This document shows, one piece after another, positions 51,610 to 59,940 of a DNA stretch of 64,000 nt. The stretch's first letter is position 1. The number at the start of each line of letters is the position of its first letter. The DNA lies in contig CAMTUG010000001.1 in the NCBI GenBank assembly GCA_947084965.1, positions 276,206 through 340,205 of the forward strand, in the 5' to 3' direction. The stretch is from an uncultured Parcubacteria group bacterium. Lineage in GTDB: Bacteria > Patescibacteriota > Patescibacteriia > UBA9934 > CAMTUG01. Below the pieces are notes generated by a model. It worked only from the letters and a program-made list of their open reading frames with translations, was not told the DNA's origin and ran no database searches. Made by a program: the position numbers and the translations under genes.

Positions 51610-51632
51610 CCGCGCTTCAGGTGCGCGTGACC

Positions 51633-52100
51633 TCAGCCGTAGAAGCCGAGGCGTTGGTAGAGGTGGGGTGGGAAGGAGACGCTGGGGGTCAGCGCCTGGT
51701 CCTCTGTGGTCGAGGTGGCGACGACCTGGTTGGTGCCGAGGTCCGTGTTCACGAAGAACTGGAACTCGACCGCTCCGGTCCCGAAGAAGGTGGAGATCAC
51801 GGCCACGCCCTGCTCGTTCGAGCGGACGTACCCGTAGTAGTCGAACCCGCTGTAGCCGATCAGCGGGATCTCGAGCTTGAACCCGACCAGCGCGCAGAAC
51901 GGTCGGTCGCCCCTGAGGACGATGTTCTGCATGCTGCGCTCGAGCCCTTCCGCCTTCGCACCGCGGTAGGTGTAGCGGACCATCTGGTTGGAGTACTTGA
52001 TGAAGTCGGCCATGAAGCCGAACTTCTTCAGGAATTCCTTGCTGAGGAAGACCGCCAGTGTGGTGGAGAGGACGAGGCAGGTGGTGAGGAGAACGGTCAT
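51633..52100 (-). CDS. Membrane-anchored (or lipo-)protein, orphan, GC3-rich
   Basis: 155 aa. 'MTVLLTTCLVLSTTLAVFL' is a hydrophobic N-terminus containing a Cys. 27/30 G/C at codon position 3. AGGAAGG lies before the ATG. The other long ORFs here are off-frame shadows. Confidence 0.65.
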   Translation of the reverse strand: MTVLLTTCLVLSTTLAVFLSKEFLKKFGFMADFIKYSNQMVRYTYRGAKAEGLERSMQNIVLRGDRPFCALVGFKLEIPLIGYSGFDYYGYVRSNEQGVAVISTFFGTGAVEFQFFVNTDLGTNQVVATSTTEDQALTPSVSFPPHLYQRLGFYG

Positions 52101-52145
52101 CGGAACCTTCCTGTAAGCCGCGGCGGGGATGCCATGCGGGGGATG

Positions 52146-52174
52146 AATATAGCATATTTTGGGCAAAAAGTCAA
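52146..52174 (-). promoter_or_regulatory. Promoter of the membrane-anchored orphan
   Basis: The minus strand reads TTGACT (52174-52169), a 17-nt spacer, then TATATT (52151-52146). Confidence 0.5.
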
Positions 52175-52238
52175 CGGTTCAGAAAGGTGATTTCTACAAA
52201 AAGTAACAAAAAACAGCCCTTTCTTAACGAAAGAACTG

Positions 52239-52841
52239 TTAAACTTCTTTTCTGCCAGTCAGTGATTCGCCTAACGTCACTTCGTCGGCGAATTCGAGCT
52301 CGGCGCCGAGCGGGAGACCGCGGGCGAGGCGAGTGACTTTGCGCCCGAGGGGACGCAGGAATTTTGATAAATAGTGGGTCGTCGTTTCGCCGTGGACGTT
52401 GGGAGAAACAGCAAGGATGATTTCGGTGATTCCCGGTTCGGCTTCAAGACGAACGACCAATTCACGGATATTCAAAACGTCAGGTGTGACCCCTTCGACA
52501 GGATTCAACAACCCACCAAGAACGAAGTAGCGGCCGCGGAATTCGCCGGTGTCTTCGATCGTGGCGATGTCGCGCGGTTCGGCGACCACACAGAGTGTCT
52601 GGGTTACGCGCTTAGGGTCACCGCAAATTTCGCACGGCGTGCGTTCGGAGTAGGTGCGACACAGATCGCAAACGGTGATGTCGCGTGTCAACGCCACAAG
52701 CGAACGGGCGAAGTGCTCAACTTCACCTTTGGGCTGGCGCAGCAAGGCAAAAACATACCGGAGGGCGGTTTTTGGACCGACCCCCGGAAGCGTGGAAAAT
52801 GCTGCCACGAGATTATGAATAGGAGCGGGAAACTTTCGCAT
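52239..52841 (-). CDS. recR: Recombination protein RecR
   Basis: 'LPGVGPKTALR' HhH, 'CDLCRTYSERTPCEIC' zinc finger and a Toprim region. Confidence 0.95.
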   Translation of the reverse strand: MRKFPAPIHNLVAAFSTLPGVGPKTALRYVFALLRQPKGEVEHFARSLVALTRDITVCDLCRTYSERTPCEICGDPKRVTQTLCVVAEPRDIATIEDTGEFRGRYFVLGGLLNPVEGVTPDVLNIRELVVRLEAEPGITEIILAVSPNVHGETTTHYLSKFLRPLGRKVTRLARGLPLGAELEFADEVTLGESLTGRKEV

Positions 52842-52870
52842 GTCGTTAACCTTTTTCTCTCACCTCTAAC

Positions 52871-53170
52871 TTATAATCCAAGATCCTTGAATGCATCAAG
52901 CCCTCCCATCTCTTTCATCTTGCCGGCGAGTTCTTTATGTAGCTTTTTGAGAGCGTCGTTGAAGGCGTCCTTGATCCCTTGCTGAAGTTTGACGACATCG
53001 TTCATCATCTCTGGGTCGATCTTTACATTTTCGACCTGTTGATTCCCGTCGATCATGACCGAAACTTTTCCCCAGCAGGCCGAGCCTTCGCAGTGAACTT
53101 CGGCGAGCACGGACTGCATGCCTTTGGCTTTGTCGCGTAAGTCCTTAATCGCTTTAATTTTGTTGAACAT
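52871..53170 (-). CDS. ybaB: Nucleoid-associated protein YbaB/EbfC
   Basis: 99 aa. The position upstream of recR is conserved. 'GKVSVMIDGNQQVENVKIDPEMM'. Confidence 0.85.
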   Translation of the reverse strand: MFNKIKAIKDLRDKAKGMQSVLAEVHCEGSACWGKVSVMIDGNQQVENVKIDPEMMNDVVKLQQGIKDAFNDALKKLHKELAGKMKEMGGLDAFKDLGL

Positions 53171-53179
53171 AGGTAGTGA

Positions 53180-54643
53180 TTAGAATGGGTGAGCTGGCGG
53201 GGCCGGTGGCGGTGGGGGCGGCGGTGGCAATGCACGTCCGCCGTTCGGCCCGATCCCCGCAGGGATCGCGGCACCTGGTGGCGGAGGGGTATTGCTTCGG
53301 CGTTCGAGATTTTTAAAGCTGGCGCGGGTAGAGTCAAAAAAGACGTTGACCACCCCGGTCGGGCCGTTACGATGTTTGCTGATATGGATTTCAGCCAAAT
53401 TTTTCTCTTCTGGGGCCAAATCTTCGAGCCGGAAGTTCTTATCCGCCGCTTTGCGGTAGATAAATAATACCACATCGGCGTCCTGTTCAATGGAACCGGA
53501 TTCACGCAAGTGAGCGAGTTTTGGAATGGCCGGTTTTACCAGTTCCACGGCACGGTTCAGCTGGGAGAGGCAGAGCACAGGGATGTTCAACTCACGAGCA
53601 AGTTGTTTGAGCGAACGGCTGATTTCAGAAACTTCTTGCACGCGGTTGTCACCCCCGTTGTACTTATGCGATTCCATCAGCTGTAAGTAGTCGATGATGA
53701 TCAATCCCAAGCCGTGTTCTGCCTGCAAACGTCGGGCTTTGGTGCGAATTTCAAGCGCCGTACAGCCGGCGGAGTCGTCGATGAAGATCGGTGCTTCGGA
53801 CAAAACCCCGAGCGCCTGGCCGATCCGCGGAAAATCATCATCGCGTTCGGAAAGTTTACCGGTGCGCAATCGCCACAAGTCGATTCCGGCTTCGGCACAG
53901 ATCATACGATCCACCAGCTGTTCTTTGGACATTTCCAGTGAAAAGATCCCCACCGCCTTTTTTGTTTTAACCGCGGCGTTGCGGGCAATGTCCAAAGCCA
54001 GCGACGTCTTTCCAACCGAAGGACGGGCAGCGAGAATAATCAGGTCCGAGTTTTGCAGACCGGCCAAAATATTGTCGAGTTCGGTGAATCCCGTTGTCAG
54101 GCCACGTAACTTGCCGCGTTCTTTGTGCAGTTCGTCGATGCGTTCGAAAGCGTCAGAAAGGACAGAGCGAATGGGGGAGAAGGACTGCTTCAAAAAGTTA
54201 CTGGAGACGTTGAAAAGTTTTTGTTCCGCCCCGTCAAGCAGAACGTCAGTGTCTTTTTCTTCATCATAGCCCATTTCGGTGATCTCGCTTGCGGTACGAA
54301 TCAACCGCCGCAGTGTCGCCTTCTTCTGAATAATTTTGGCGTAGTGGGCGCAGTTGCCAGACGTAGCCACGGCGTTCGCGAGCTCAGCGAGAAAAGACCG
54401 TCCGCCAATCTGGGTTAGCATCCCGCGTTCGTCCAAGCGGTTTCCCACAGATAGCAGATCGATCGGCTCGTGCCGTTCGAACAATTCAATAATCGTCTCA
54501 AAAACCATCCGGTGGGCGTCTTTATAAAAATCGTCCGCCCGCACCAGGTCGGCCACTTTAATGATCGCATCCGGATCGATCAAAATCGACCCGATCAGTG
54601 AGATCTCAGCTTCCAGGTTTTGTGGGGGGATGCGGTCTGCCAT
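53180..54643 (-). CDS. dnaB: Replicative DNA helicase DnaB with a Pro-rich C-terminal extension
   Basis: 'PPQNLEAE', the 'AARPSVGKTS' P-loop and 'IIIDYLQLM'. The last roughly 45 aa read 'NTPPPPGAAIPAG...PPPPPPPPAPPAHPF'. Confidence 0.95.
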   Translation of the reverse strand: MADRIPPQNLEAEISLIGSILIDPDAIIKVADLVRADDFYKDAHRMVFETIIELFERHEPIDLLSVGNRLDERGMLTQIGGRSFLAELANAVATSGNCAHYAKIIQKKATLRRLIRTASEITEMGYDEEKDTDVLLDGAEQKLFNVSSNFLKQSFSPIRSVLSDAFERIDELHKERGKLRGLTTGFTELDNILAGLQNSDLIILAARPSVGKTSLALDIARNAAVKTKKAVGIFSLEMSKEQLVDRMICAEAGIDLWRLRTGKLSERDDDFPRIGQALGVLSEAPIFIDDSAGCTALEIRTKARRLQAEHGLGLIIIDYLQLMESHKYNGGDNRVQEVSEISRSLKQLARELNIPVLCLSQLNRAVELVKPAIPKLAHLRESGSIEQDADVVLFIYRKAADKNFRLEDLAPEEKNLAEIHISKHRNGPTGVVNVFFDSTRASFKNLERRSNTPPPPGAAIPAGIGPNGGRALPPPPPPPPAPPAHPF

Positions 54644-54717
54644 AAGCGACGGTATCTTACCACTGGCCCCTGCCGGGACAAGTGTAAAACGTGTGGGTAG
54701 TGTATACTGTGGTCATT

Positions 54718-55866
54718 ATGCTCAAGGTTTTGGAAGGTCGATCGTTTCGTGCTGTGCTACTGATGACGAGTGGGGTTGTTGGGGTGGGGGTTTTGGGTCT
54801 GCCGTACGTCATGAGTCAGTCCGGCTATTTGGTCGGATTTTTGCAGTTGGTCTTGATTACGATGGTGATGGTGATCATCGCCCTCATGTACGCTGAGATC
54901 ACCGTCCAGACAGAAGGGAAGCACCGGTTCGTCGCCTACATCGGTCGATTTTTAGGGGAACGTGGGAGAAAGGTCGCCACCTTTGCCTTTTTGTTCAGTA
55001 CGCTTGGGGGGTTGACCGCGTTCGTTATCCTTTCCGGAGAAGCACTTTCATCTGTCACCCACGGGGCGCTCACCCCCTTTTGGGCGTCGATCACGGTAAC
55101 GGTCGCTGTGGCGCTCATCGCCTTTCAAGGGCTTTTCTTCGTTTCAAAAATCGCCAGCTGGGCGATCGGATTCATCTTGATTTTTTACGTGGCACTCATC
55201 GTCGCTGCGTTGCCGTCGCTGCAGGTTCCTCACATGACAGTCATTGGCGAATCGTGGCGCGAACTGCTGATGCCCTACGGGGTGTTAATCTTTTCCCTGG
55301 CAGGGATGGGAGTTATTCCTGAAGTGCATGACCTGTTAGGCAGGCAGGTGAAAAAGCTTTCTGGAGCGATTATGGTGAGTTATGCCATGATCTTTGTGTT
55401 GTACGCCGTGTTTCCACTGGCGATGATCGGTGCACTCGGGGATCGTGTTTCTTCGGTAGCGTTGACGGATCTGCCGCAGATCGTTTCCGCACCGTTGGCC
55501 ACGGTCGGAACACTCCTCGGATGCCTGTCGGTCGCCTCGATCTTCCTCGTTCTTTCTTGGGAGTTGATCGCCACCTTGACGATCGATTTCAAACTGAGCA
55601 AACCGCTTGCTTGGTTGACGACCTTCGGCGTGCCCCTCATCCTCTTTTTCCTCGGCGTGCGGGAATTCATCGATACGATCGGGTTTGTTGGCAGTATCTT
55701 TGGTGGAACGACCGGTATCTTAGTGATCCTTGCGTACGAAAAGTTAAAGCGCACGCGCGGGTGTGAACAGCACAAGTGCTTCCGTCTCCCCACAAGTATT
55801 TCCATGATCGTCGGCGCGGCATTTCTTTTCGGCATCTTGATTGAAATTTGGTATACTCTTACCTAG
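54718..55866 (+). CDS. Amino-acid permease (aromatic/Trp-Tyr permease-like)
   Basis: About 382 aa with 11 TM helices. 'TSGVVGVGVLGLPYV'. Confidence 0.65.
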   Translation: MLKVLEGRSFRAVLLMTSGVVGVGVLGLPYVMSQSGYLVGFLQLVLITMVMVIIALMYAEITVQTEGKHRFVAYIGRFLGERGRKVATFAFLFSTLGGLTAFVILSGEALSSVTHGALTPFWASITVTVAVALIAFQGLFFVSKIASWAIGFILIFYVALIVAALPSLQVPHMTVIGESWRELLMPYGVLIFSLAGMGVIPEVHDLLGRQVKKLSGAIMVSYAMIFVLYAVFPLAMIGALGDRVSSVALTDLPQIVSAPLATVGTLLGCLSVASIFLVLSWELIATLTIDFKLSKPLAWLTTFGVPLILFFLGVREFIDTIGFVGSIFGGTTGILVILAYEKLKRTRGCEQHKCFRLPTSISMIVGAAFLFGILIEIWYTLT

Positions 55867-55867
55867 T

Positions 55868-56290
55868 ATGACAGCAAAACGTTTTGCCGCTTTTTGGGCC
55901 ATCGATTATGTCGTTGCCGGAGTGATCGTCTTCACCCTTGTGAATGGGGCTGTCCTTCTTGGCTTGCCGACGATCCTGCGACAGGCGATCGCTGTGTTTG
56001 TTCCGCTCTCAACGTTGTTTTTTGCCTGGGTCGCTTTTCATGGATCAACAAAAGAGCCCGCCCATCGTTATACGGTGGCGGCGCTTTGGCTCGGGCTCTC
56101 GATCTTCCTTGATGTGTTGACGGTCGCGCTTTTTTATCAAGCGTCGCCACTGGTGTTGTTCACTTCACCGCCGACGATCCTTGCCTATGGCTTTAAGTTT
56201 TTTGCGGTCGTTGGAGCCGGTACGCTTTCACGACGTTCAGCATCAGCATCGCTACCGTCACCGGACCTACTCCCCCCGGCACAGGCGTAA
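55868..56290 (+). CDS. Small membrane protein
   Basis: About 140 aa with 4 hydrophobic helices. Its 3' end overlaps folD convergently by 98 nt. Confidence 0.45.
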   Translation: MTAKRFAAFWAIDYVVAGVIVFTLVNGAVLLGLPTILRQAIAVFVPLSTLFFAWVAFHGSTKEPAHRYTVAALWLGLSIFLDVLTVALFYQASPLVLFTSPPTILAYGFKFFAVVGAGTLSRRSASASLPSPDLLPPAQA

Positions 56291-57029
56291 GGGCGCCAGC
56301 CACCGGTTCAACGGACTCAAATTCCACGTCCCCGAGCACTTGATCGCCCACTTTGGTGGTGCCAACGTCAATGACGATGGCCCCTTTTTTGATCATCGAC
56401 CCTTTGATCCGTTTCGGCTGACCAACAGCGACGATCAGCACATCTGCTTCGAGGCAGATGGCTGCGAGCTCCGCTGAGTCGGGGTGCACGATCTTGCTTT
56501 CGATTCCACCTTCCTTCAACAAAGCGACGAGAGGCCGAGCGAAGATTTCGGAGCAGACGAGTGTGGCTCGCTTCACGTGTGTTTGATGCGCTGTATCGAT
56601 CAGCTTCATCACCCCCATCGCTACAGGTGAAATCAATCCTGGAAGCCCATGCTCCAATCGGCGTAGGTTTTCTGGATGAAATCCGTCAATATCTTTGTTG
56701 GGATCGATCGCGCGAATGACGTCATCTGGGTTTTGATGGGGGAGGGGGAGCTGAACTAAGATGCCCTGGATATCTTCGCGAGCGTTCAAGGCATGGATCT
56801 TTGCGATTAAATCAGTTTGAGAAATCGTGGCGTCAAATACGTGCTTCTCAAAGCGAATCCCAACTTCATTACACGCCTTTTCTTTTAATGACACGTACAG
56901 ATGTGACGCCGGATCGTCGCCAACTAAAAGCGCGGCCATGCCCGGGGTGTCGGGAGAGCCTTTAATCATCTCTTTGACTTTGTCGCGGATGCGCGCGGCG
57001 ATCTCGCGGCCGTTCAATATCTGCGCCAT
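56193..57029 (-). CDS. folD: Methylenetetrahydrofolate dehydrogenase/methenyl-THF cyclohydrolase FolD
   Basis: 'ILNGREIA', 'LVGDDPASHLYV' and 'TPVPGGVGPVT'. Confidence 0.95.
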   Translation of the reverse strand: MAQILNGREIAARIRDKVKEMIKGSPDTPGMAALLVGDDPASHLYVSLKEKACNEVGIRFEKHVFDATISQTDLIAKIHALNAREDIQGILVQLPLPHQNPDDVIRAIDPNKDIDGFHPENLRRLEHGLPGLISPVAMGVMKLIDTAHQTHVKRATLVCSEIFARPLVALLKEGGIESKIVHPDSAELAAICLEADVLIVAVGQPKRIKGSMIKKGAIVIDVGTTKVGDQVLGDVEFESVEPVAGALTPVPGGVGPVTVAMLMLNVVKAYRLQRPQKT

Positions 57030-57030
57030 G

Positions 57031-58272
57031 TTAGTAGGAAAGCCCGGGATAGAGCGGGAATTTCGAAGTCATCTCTTTAACCTGATTTCTGATTTCCGTC
57101 AATGCGGTTTCGTCGTTCGTGTGCGTGATGGCGAGGTCGATCCAAGCAGCAATCAATTTCATCTCTTCTTCCTTCATCCCGCGGGTGGTGAGCGCCGGCG
57201 TGCCGAGGCGGATGCCGGAAGGATCCATCGGTCCGCGTGGGTCGTCTGGAATCGCGTTTTTATTGACCGTGATTCCGGCGGCGTCGAGGGCGATCTGGGC
57301 TTGCTTACCCGTGACGTTTTTGTTGGTGAGGTCGAGCAAGAGCAAATGATTTTCTGTGTGACCAAAACAAATGGAGTATCCGCGGGCGATGAATTCTGCT
57401 TCAAGCACTTTGGCGTTTGCCTTGATCTGCCTTGCATACGCCTTGAATTCCGGCAAAAGGGCTTCTTTGAACGCCACGGCTTTGGCGGCGATAACATTTT
57501 CGTGCGGTCCGCCTTGTAATCCCGGGAAGACTGCCTTGTCGATCGCTTTGGCATGGATTGCCTTGCACATGATCATCCCGCCGCGAGGGCCGCGGAGTGT
57601 TTTGTGTGTGGTTGTTGAAACAACGTCGAAGATCGGCACCGGGTTGTTCATCTCACCCGCGGCGATGAGTCCAGCGATGTGGGCGATGTCGGCCATCGTC
57701 AGCGCGCCCACTTCATCAGCAATCTCTTTGACCCGGGCGTAGTTAATCTCGCGCGAATAAGCGCTGTAGCCGACCAGGATCAACTTCGGCTTATGCTCGA
57801 GCGCCATCTGACGTAAGTTGTCGTAATCAATCGAACCATCGGCCACTGTTTTGTAGCGGATGAAGTTGTAGATGCCTGCGCTGAACGTCACCGGGTGCCC
57901 GTGCGTTAAGTGGCCGCCGTGAGACAAGTCCATCCCGAGGACGGTATCGCCTGGGGAGAGAAGAGCGGCATAGACGGCGATGTTGGCTGGTGCACCGGAA
58001 AGCGGCTGGACGTTGACGTGTTCCGCACCAAATAATTGCTTGGCACGTTCAATCGCCAGGCCCTCCATCACATCGATGAATTCGCAGCCGCCGTAGTAGC
58101 GTTTGCTGATATACCCTTCAGAATATTTGTTTGTGGCGACGCTACCGAGGGCTTCAAGGACTGCTCGTGAAACGAAGTTTTCACTTGGAATCATCTCTAA
58201 TCCTTCACGTTCACGATCGAGTTCATTTTGTAATGCTCCAGCGATATCAGGATCAAATTGTTTCAAAAACAT
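57031..58272 (-). CDS. glyA: Serine hydroxymethyltransferase
   Basis: 'IPSENF', '[15 protein letters not shown]' and more. The start is taken at 58272; the alternative is 58290. Confidence 0.95.
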   Translation of the reverse strand: MFLKQFDPDIAGALQNELDREREGLEMIPSENFVSRAVLEALGSVATNKYSEGYISKRYYGGCEFIDVMEGLAIERAKQLFGAEHVNVQPLSGAPANIAVYAALLSPGDTVLGMDLSHGGHLTHGHPVTFSAGIYNFIRYKTVADGSIDYDNLRQMALEHKPKLILVGYSAYSREINYARVKEIADEVGALTMADIAHIAGLIAAGEMNNPVPIFDVVSTTTHKTLRGPRGGMIMCKAIHAKAIDKAVFPGLQGGPHENVIAAKAVAFKEALLPEFKAYARQIKANAKVLEAEFIARGYSICFGHTENHLLLLDLTNKNVTGKQAQIALDAAGITVNKNAIPDDPRGPMDPSGIRLGTPALTTRGMKEEEMKLIAAWIDLAITHTNDETALTEIRNQVKEMTSKFPLYPGLSY

Positions 58273-58419
58273 ACAAGCGTTAAAGATCATGGATTATCCG
58301 TTACAGTTTGTACATTCTACAACATATTCCTGACTTGCACCTGCAAATTTTCTGGCCGGTGACGTACTTCGTTGGCTTATTTAGGCCTCGGTTGAATGAA
58401 AGAAAATGTAAAAAAGTTG

Positions 58420-58448
58420 AGGCGGCCGCGCACGTGGGGCGGCCGCCT
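58420..58448 (-). terminator. Minus-strand terminator at the left edge of the GC-rich element
   Basis: 'aggcggccgc-(9 nt)-gcggccgcct' (10 bp perfect), followed on the minus strand by 'caactttttt'. Confidence 0.7.
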
Positions 58449-58501
58449 GGGAGCTGGCTTGGTATCTGCAGACGTGGGGACCGTGAAGCGGTCCCCGGGA
58501 C

Positions 58502-58522
58502 TCAGGCGACGCAGGTCGTCAT
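58502..58522 (-). CDS. Six-codon sORF (MTTCVA) behind a perfect SD; coding status uncertain
   Basis: AAGGAGG (58534-58528), 5 nt, then ATG ACG ACC TGC GTC GCC TGA. The same frame is open upstream to a TTG (26 codons) but has no SD there. Confidence 0.25.
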   Translation of the reverse strand: MTTCVA

Positions 58523-58570
58523 GCGATCCTCCTTGCCGTTCGGCTCGGGGGTTGCTGGCTGCGGGTTGCA

Positions 58571-58604
58571 CGCACCGAACAAGCTGTATTCGGTGCGATT
58601 TTTA
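58571..58604 (+). terminator. Plus-strand terminator at the right edge of the GC-rich element
   Basis: 'cgcaccgaa-caagctgta-ttcggtgcg' followed by 'attttta'. Confidence 0.7.
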
Positions 58605-58646
58605 CTCTAGCAGGCGTTCGCAATTCTTGCTAGAGTTTGTGTGGAT

Positions 58647-59867
58647 ATGTTTGAGTCAGTACAAAAGGCCCATTTAATCGGTGTGGGAGGGATAGGCGTT
58701 TCGGCGCTCGGGAAGTTGTTTTTGCATTTGGGGAAAGTGGTTAGCGGATCGGATAGCTATCCAAACGAGCAGGTCGATGCCTTGCGTGCGCTTGGGGCAC
58801 ACGTGACGATCGGTCAGAGTGCAGACAACATCACCGAAGATATCGATCTGATTATTTACTCGCCGGCCGTGCCGGTTGATAATGCTGAACGTGCTCGAGG
58901 ACGAGAACTCGGGTTGATTGAGATGAGCTATCCAGAAGTGCTCGGCGAGATCTGCAAACAAAAACGTTGTGTGGCGATCGCGGGCACGCACGGCAAGTCG
59001 ACCACCACGGCGATGATCGGATTGGTCCTCGAAGCAGCTGGTCTCGATCCACTCGTGATCGTTGGATCAAAAGTGCCGACGTGGAAAGACGGCAACTTGC
59101 GCATGGGGCACGGCGAGATCTTCGTTGTCGAAGCGTGCGAGCACATGGCGAGCTTTCTGAAGCTGCATCCAGAGATCGCGGTCGTTACCAACATCGAAAT
59201 GGATCACCCAGATTTTTATCGCGACCTGGCGCATGTGCAGGAAACGTTTGCGAAATTTAAATTGCAATCTAAGCGCGTGATTGATGCTGGGACATGGTCT
59301 GGTAATCTGTCGCTCAAAGTTCCTGGTGCATTCAATATCGAAAATGCGCGACTGGCCGCGACCGTTGCCAAGGAATTTGATGTGCGTGATGAAGTCATCA
59401 CTGATGCGCTCAACACGTTTACTGGCTTGTGGCGCCGATTTGAGCGCGTCGGGCAGTATCGTGGTGCGGATGTCATCAGTGACTACGCCCATCACCCAAC
59501 GGCGATCGCGAAAACACTTCAAGCGACACGCGAGGCTTTTCCGAATCGACGCATCGTCCTTTGTTTCCAGCCACACCAACACGCTCGCACGAAGGAATTG
59601 TTCAATGCATTTGTTCCTGCGTTTGATAACGCGGATCGGATTATCCTGGTAGAGATTTACGCGGTTGCTGGACGGCTTGAGGTGGCAGGGGAGGTTTCCA
59701 GTAAGGACCTTGCTCGGTCCATTAAGGAACGGGGGAAGGATGTCTCATACGCAGTGGATCTCGTAGATGCGGAGAAACAAGTAAGAGATGTGGTCCAGGC
59801 GGGAGATGTCGTGCTGATCATGGGGGCGGGGGACGTCGATGATGTTGCGCGGAGGATCATAGAATAG
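58647..59867 (+). CDS. murC: UDP-MurNAc:L-alanine ligase MurC
   Basis: 'HLIGVGGIGVSALGK', 'IAGTHGKSTTTAM' and 'DYAHHPT'. ATG 58647; the track start is GTG 58641. Confidence 0.9.
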   Translation: MFESVQKAHLIGVGGIGVSALGKLFLHLGKVVSGSDSYPNEQVDALRALGAHVTIGQSADNITEDIDLIIYSPAVPVDNAERARGRELGLIEMSYPEVLGEICKQKRCVAIAGTHGKSTTTAMIGLVLEAAGLDPLVIVGSKVPTWKDGNLRMGHGEIFVVEACEHMASFLKLHPEIAVVTNIEMDHPDFYRDLAHVQETFAKFKLQSKRVIDAGTWSGNLSLKVPGAFNIENARLAATVAKEFDVRDEVITDALNTFTGLWRRFERVGQYRGADVISDYAHHPTAIAKTLQATREAFPNRRIVLCFQPHQHARTKELFNAFVPAFDNADRIILVEIYAVAGRLEVAGEVSSKDLARSIKERGKDVSYAVDLVDAEKQVRDVVQAGDVVLIMGAGDVDDVARRIIE

Positions 59868-59886
59868 TTGGGTACGCAAAAATCAC

Positions 59887-59932
59887 TTTTACAACTCGTT
59901 TGAGCACAAAATGTATTCAAACGAACTGAAAA
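59887..59932. repeat. Conserved-loop hairpin, family C, copy 2
   Basis: 'ttttacaactcgtttga-gcacaaaatgtat-tcaaacgaactgaaaa'. Closely similar to copy 1 at 14956-15006. Confidence 0.75.
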
Positions 59933-59940
59933 CTTACTTT

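Noticed and set aside
51502-52190. A 217-aa minus ORF, a 189-aa plus ORF and a 93-aa plus ORF overlapping the 51.6-52.1 kb cassette.
   Set aside because: They are Arg/Pro/Gly-rich off-frame products. The 51633-52100 frame has 27/30 G/C at position 3 and a plausible membrane-anchor N-terminus.
58308-58677. Track ORFs across the glyA-murC spacer (58308-58610 plus, 58396-58677 plus, 58377-58571 minus).
   Set aside because: They read through terminator hairpins and promoter regions and give Arg/Pro-rich low-complexity products. None has an SD.
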